DNA of 64,000 bases from Vicugna vicugna. Lineage: Eukaryota. The stretch spans positions 550,678-614,677 of the forward strand of contig MU058531.1 in NCBI GenBank assembly GCA_013265495.1, given 5' to 3'. Positions 60,196-64,000 of the stretch are shown here, piece by piece (within the stretch, counting starts at the first letter, position 1; each line of letters starts with the position of its first letter). Under the pieces are notes generated by a model. The model made no database searches and was not told where the DNA came from. It saw only the letters and a list, made by a program, of their open reading frames with translations. The translations under genes were made by a program, and so were the position numbers.

Positions 60196-63100
60196 GTTAT
60201 AGGTCACATCCAGTCCCACATGGTTTACAGATAAGGAAAACGTGGCACAGAGAGAAAAAATGACCCATCCAAGGACAAACACAACTATGGCAGGGAAAAG
60301 CCAACACTATCGCTCATGACTCCAGACTAAAATAAGAACACTCTCTAATATTCCTTGTGCTTGATAGTAACCTCTGGGAAGACAAGGACCAAATGTGGCT
60401 TGTCATTCTGTCAGTAATTGTGAGTATGATGTTAGACTGTAGTAGAGTCTCAAATATTAAATATTAAATGAATGCATGAATAAATATCCAAGTGAATGCT
60501 TAAACCACTATCTTTATTAACTGTTCAACTTTAAATTAACTGACTACTTTCTTGTTACTATTTCTCCACACTGGTTTATCTGTGCACACTGAACCTCTTA
60601 TGTCAAGGCATTTGGAACAGTATCTTCTTTTATAATTTTTATATACCCATTAGAAGACAATTTTATGTGGAAAAAAATGTCAAAGTGAAATCCAGAATGT
60701 GGAAATGTAGCAAAAAGATCTGGAAGGGAAGGGAAGATGGAATGTGAGAGAGTGAAACAGGTAGATCACAGGCACAACTATTGTGTTTGTACTTTTTAAG
60801 TCTTTCGAAATCAAATCAGTACTGAGGAAACTTAATTAAACTCTTTCCCCTCCTCTGACCTGAAACCAGGTGGCTGCTTTCAGATAACAGCCACAGACAG
60901 AAACAGTTCCATCAAAGAGAGAGCTGTTTCCCAAGAGTTAGATGCCTTGACAAAGGAATAATTAACACTTTTTCCATAAGCTGAAAAGGAACTCTCTCAT
61001 TGCCCCTCCCCCAAATTAGCCTATTTGTGAGAATGATTAGCTTAGGGAAAAAAAGTCTGATATTAGTCTAAGAAATACAAACATTTCTATGAGCTTCATC
61101 ACTCAAATTAAGAACAAGAGAGATTTTTGGGTTGAAGAACAAAAGATCGCATAGAAATTCTAAACACCACAACTTCTCGTGTTGATGCCTTTAGCATCAA
61201 CAACTTTAGGGACACAAGAAAAGGTTCCTGCTCAACACTTACTCCTCCTATAGCATCGCCTCTTTTCCAAGTGCAACACAGGGAGTTCTGCTGAGTTCTG
61301 TTCACCACTGACCCCAGACAAGGCATGCAAATTCTTCTGAAATAAGGAATCCCCAGCATGTCAGTGAGGATATACCTATTTTGCTTAGTTCCACAGTTTA
61401 GAAAACTGTATGAAAAGGCTTTCCCTCTGAAAGTATATTTTGAGCCAGAGCTGAAGATAAATGTTTATCACTCTGGACTTGCTATTGGGGTGATGCCTTC
61501 ACATTTGCTTTCTCGAGCACCTCTCTCCTCTCTTCTGGTTCTTCTCTCCCCAGCTGTCTCTTCTCCATTCCAGCCACTAGCCTGAGGACTGGAGCCCCAG
61601 AAAAATACTACTATGATGATAGCAAGTAATCCCAAGTTGACTGCTCAAGCAGACGAAGCTACTGTAAGACATAAATAAATCTTCCTCCCGGTATTTTCAA
61701 CTACAAAAGCTTTAGGCTCACTGGTTTTGAAAGTCCCCTCCTAACTCAAAAACATTACAACTCAATGGGGTACAGTACACCCACTTACTCATCAGTCAAG
61801 ATTTCTGGAACACAGTATGAAATGCAAACTTTGGGAGAAATCAACTCCACATACTGAAGTAATTGTCTTTTTCACCAAGTCTATTTTCAATCTAGGTCAT
61901 CTGGTCTTGTAAGTCTTTTTCCTCAATTACCATAAAAGTCTTAAAAGTGGGACTGATAGTTTTTAATCACTCCCTGTGTGCCAGGCACTCAGTGTATTAA
62001 TTTAACTCTCCCAGTTCTATGAAGGAGGTATTCTCCAAACGAAGAAACTGATGCTCAGAGAGGTATTTTAATTTAAAAAAGGTCATTTAGTGGCAATTTA
62101 ACCACAATGACATCTACCTGTACTGACATCTACCTTGTAGTTCTACTGGCAGAGCTTAGATTCAAAACCAATAAAGTATACTGAAACATTAATCAAAATA
62201 CTTTTAAATTATAAGACAAGGACGTGGTCCCTGCAGACATTTGGGAAAAAATACCAAAAAAGGAGAAAATAAAATTTAAATTACTCTAGCAATCGAGGGA
62301 AAACTACTACATTAAGATGTATTTCCTCCCAGATATATAAACATAAATAGGTGGATTTTTTAAAAATGTATCTCATAATTTTTCCACTACAGATTTTACT
62401 TCCTGAGTTGCTCTGGTTTTCAGCACCATATTGGAAAAAGCAAACTGAGAGGAAAATAGTAGAGAAGATAATTAAAGATGAATGAATTGATAGAATAAAG
62501 GTCAGCATGAAATTAAAGGAAAATAAAGAGAAAGGGAAAGGGAGAAACATGCTGATAACTGCACAGAAGAGTCACCCTCGTATGTATTGATACCCTGGAC
62601 GTATCCAGAAAAGGCCAAACTAAACTGTGTTCTTTTTAAAAGGGTAGAAAAATGTATAATTAAAAAAAAAACTTATCAAAGACGGGCTAAAATGTAGAGG
62701 AACGTCATCACTTTAAGGCGTCAGCATCACGTAATCTGGAACACTCTTTCTCTTGGTCTTCCCCATCTTCCAGAAAAAGTGACCGTTTTCCCCACAGCCT
62801 TGTACAGGGTCCTTATTCTGGAGGAGTCTTTTATCTCTTCTCACCTTACGTTCCACATCACATGTCTATAGTCCACACTAGGTCGGGGTTTAGGGAGTAA
62901 ATTACAAAATAGCAAGTGAGGAAAACAGCAACTTCCATTGTTGAAGGAAGAATAGAGGGTGGGGTTTATGCTCTAAGCAGTCTCTGAACATTTCTAATTG
63001 ACCCAGGGAGTTAGTTAAACCATCTCTTTCTAATTCATGGGCCAGGAAAAATAAAACCTTCTACCATTACAAGTCTCCGGTAAATTGGCAGAAATTTACA

Positions 63101-64000
63101 CCCAATAGCCTGGGACCTCAAATTCTTCATTTCAATAGCTCATCTCTGACATCTCAGTTTGCAGAATCTACCTGTGAATCTTTATAAATACTAACATACA
63201 AAGGTTATTGATGCATCCAAACTACAGCATTGGAATGGAAATTTTCTTGGATAGTCAGCAAATGCCCCAGGACAAAGCAAGTCTTTTGACCTGGAAGACC
63301 CTTATGCAGGCATTCTGTTTGGCTTTCTTGAAACTCCCATGCCCTAAGGGAAAGGTACACAATCACAACTGGGCTCATAAATGCCTTAGTGATAAGGACA
63401 CACCTCATTTCTCATAAGAGGTATGTTCTTAAAATTTAGTCATAATTTGGAAACTGTACAAAATCATATATGAGATTTATAAACGATAAATCAGTGTTAT
63501 TAGCACTCCCAAAAAGAATTATTTCACAGGAACAACAAATGCTTTTGTGATGCAAGTAATCACTCCTGGTCCTTTCATTTACCATTTAAAAATAAATTCA
63601 AATTTTTATATGCTGTTTTTGTATAGAGGACACTTGGCTTTCTTATCAGTCTTATCTTAGCCAGCTTCTAGGAGGCAGTTGTGTTCCGGTAAATCTTACT
63701 AAAAACTCTTTGCTTTCAAAATGCAGACAGCCCCTTTCTCCATCTGCACCCCAGAAAGGCTAGCTGTAAGAGCATCTGAGTCACAAGCTATATGCAGAAA
63801 AGAGCTTTTCCATTTTCATTTGTGAAGATTTCTCTCCTTAAGCTGAGAATCTCCTTAATCTCACCCTGTAAGATTACCCACAGCCTTTAAGGAGTAGCAC
63901 ATTTAAATCACAGTCTATAAATATTAGAGAGGAAGGATGACTTTAGAAATGAGGAGGTCCAACTCTCAGTTGTTTGAAATTAGAAACTGAGGTCCAGAGC

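Noticed and set aside
62700..62735. Cluster of CRE-like half-sites (acgtca, gcgtca, cacgtaa)
   Set aside because: Half-sites only, with no CpG island or other support

Overview
AT-rich, CpG-poor eutherian genomic DNA with no intact protein-coding gene or CpG island that I can recognise, so it is intergenic or deep intronic. Three tRNA-Ala(AGC)-derived SINEs of the camelid vic-1 type point to a camel, alpaca or llama genome (inference). Most of the window is interspersed repeats: L1 of several ages, L2, MIR, MaLR MLT1 LTRs, ERV1-type solo LTRs, and MER2B, MER33 and MER119-like DNA elements. The only host-gene-derived coding relic is a 5'-truncated processed KDELR2 pseudogene (minus strand, ~26565-27429) with a CGA>TGA stop and a 17-codon in-frame deletion. 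Manual translation also shows a decayed hAT (Blackjack-like) transposase at ~38670-39660. Retrotransposition oddities include: an L1 5' end fused to late ORF2, a twin-primed L1, a probable L1 3' transduction, and a SINE carrying an L1 3' tip inside one TSD. A MER41-like LTR keeps an intact STAT (GAS) motif. A speculative Sola-like transposase remnant lies at ~48.8 kb. The ~1 kb duplication around the N gap is probably an assembly artefact from two alleles. Repeat family names come from recall of consensus sequences, not a database search, and boundaries of old repeats are approximate.
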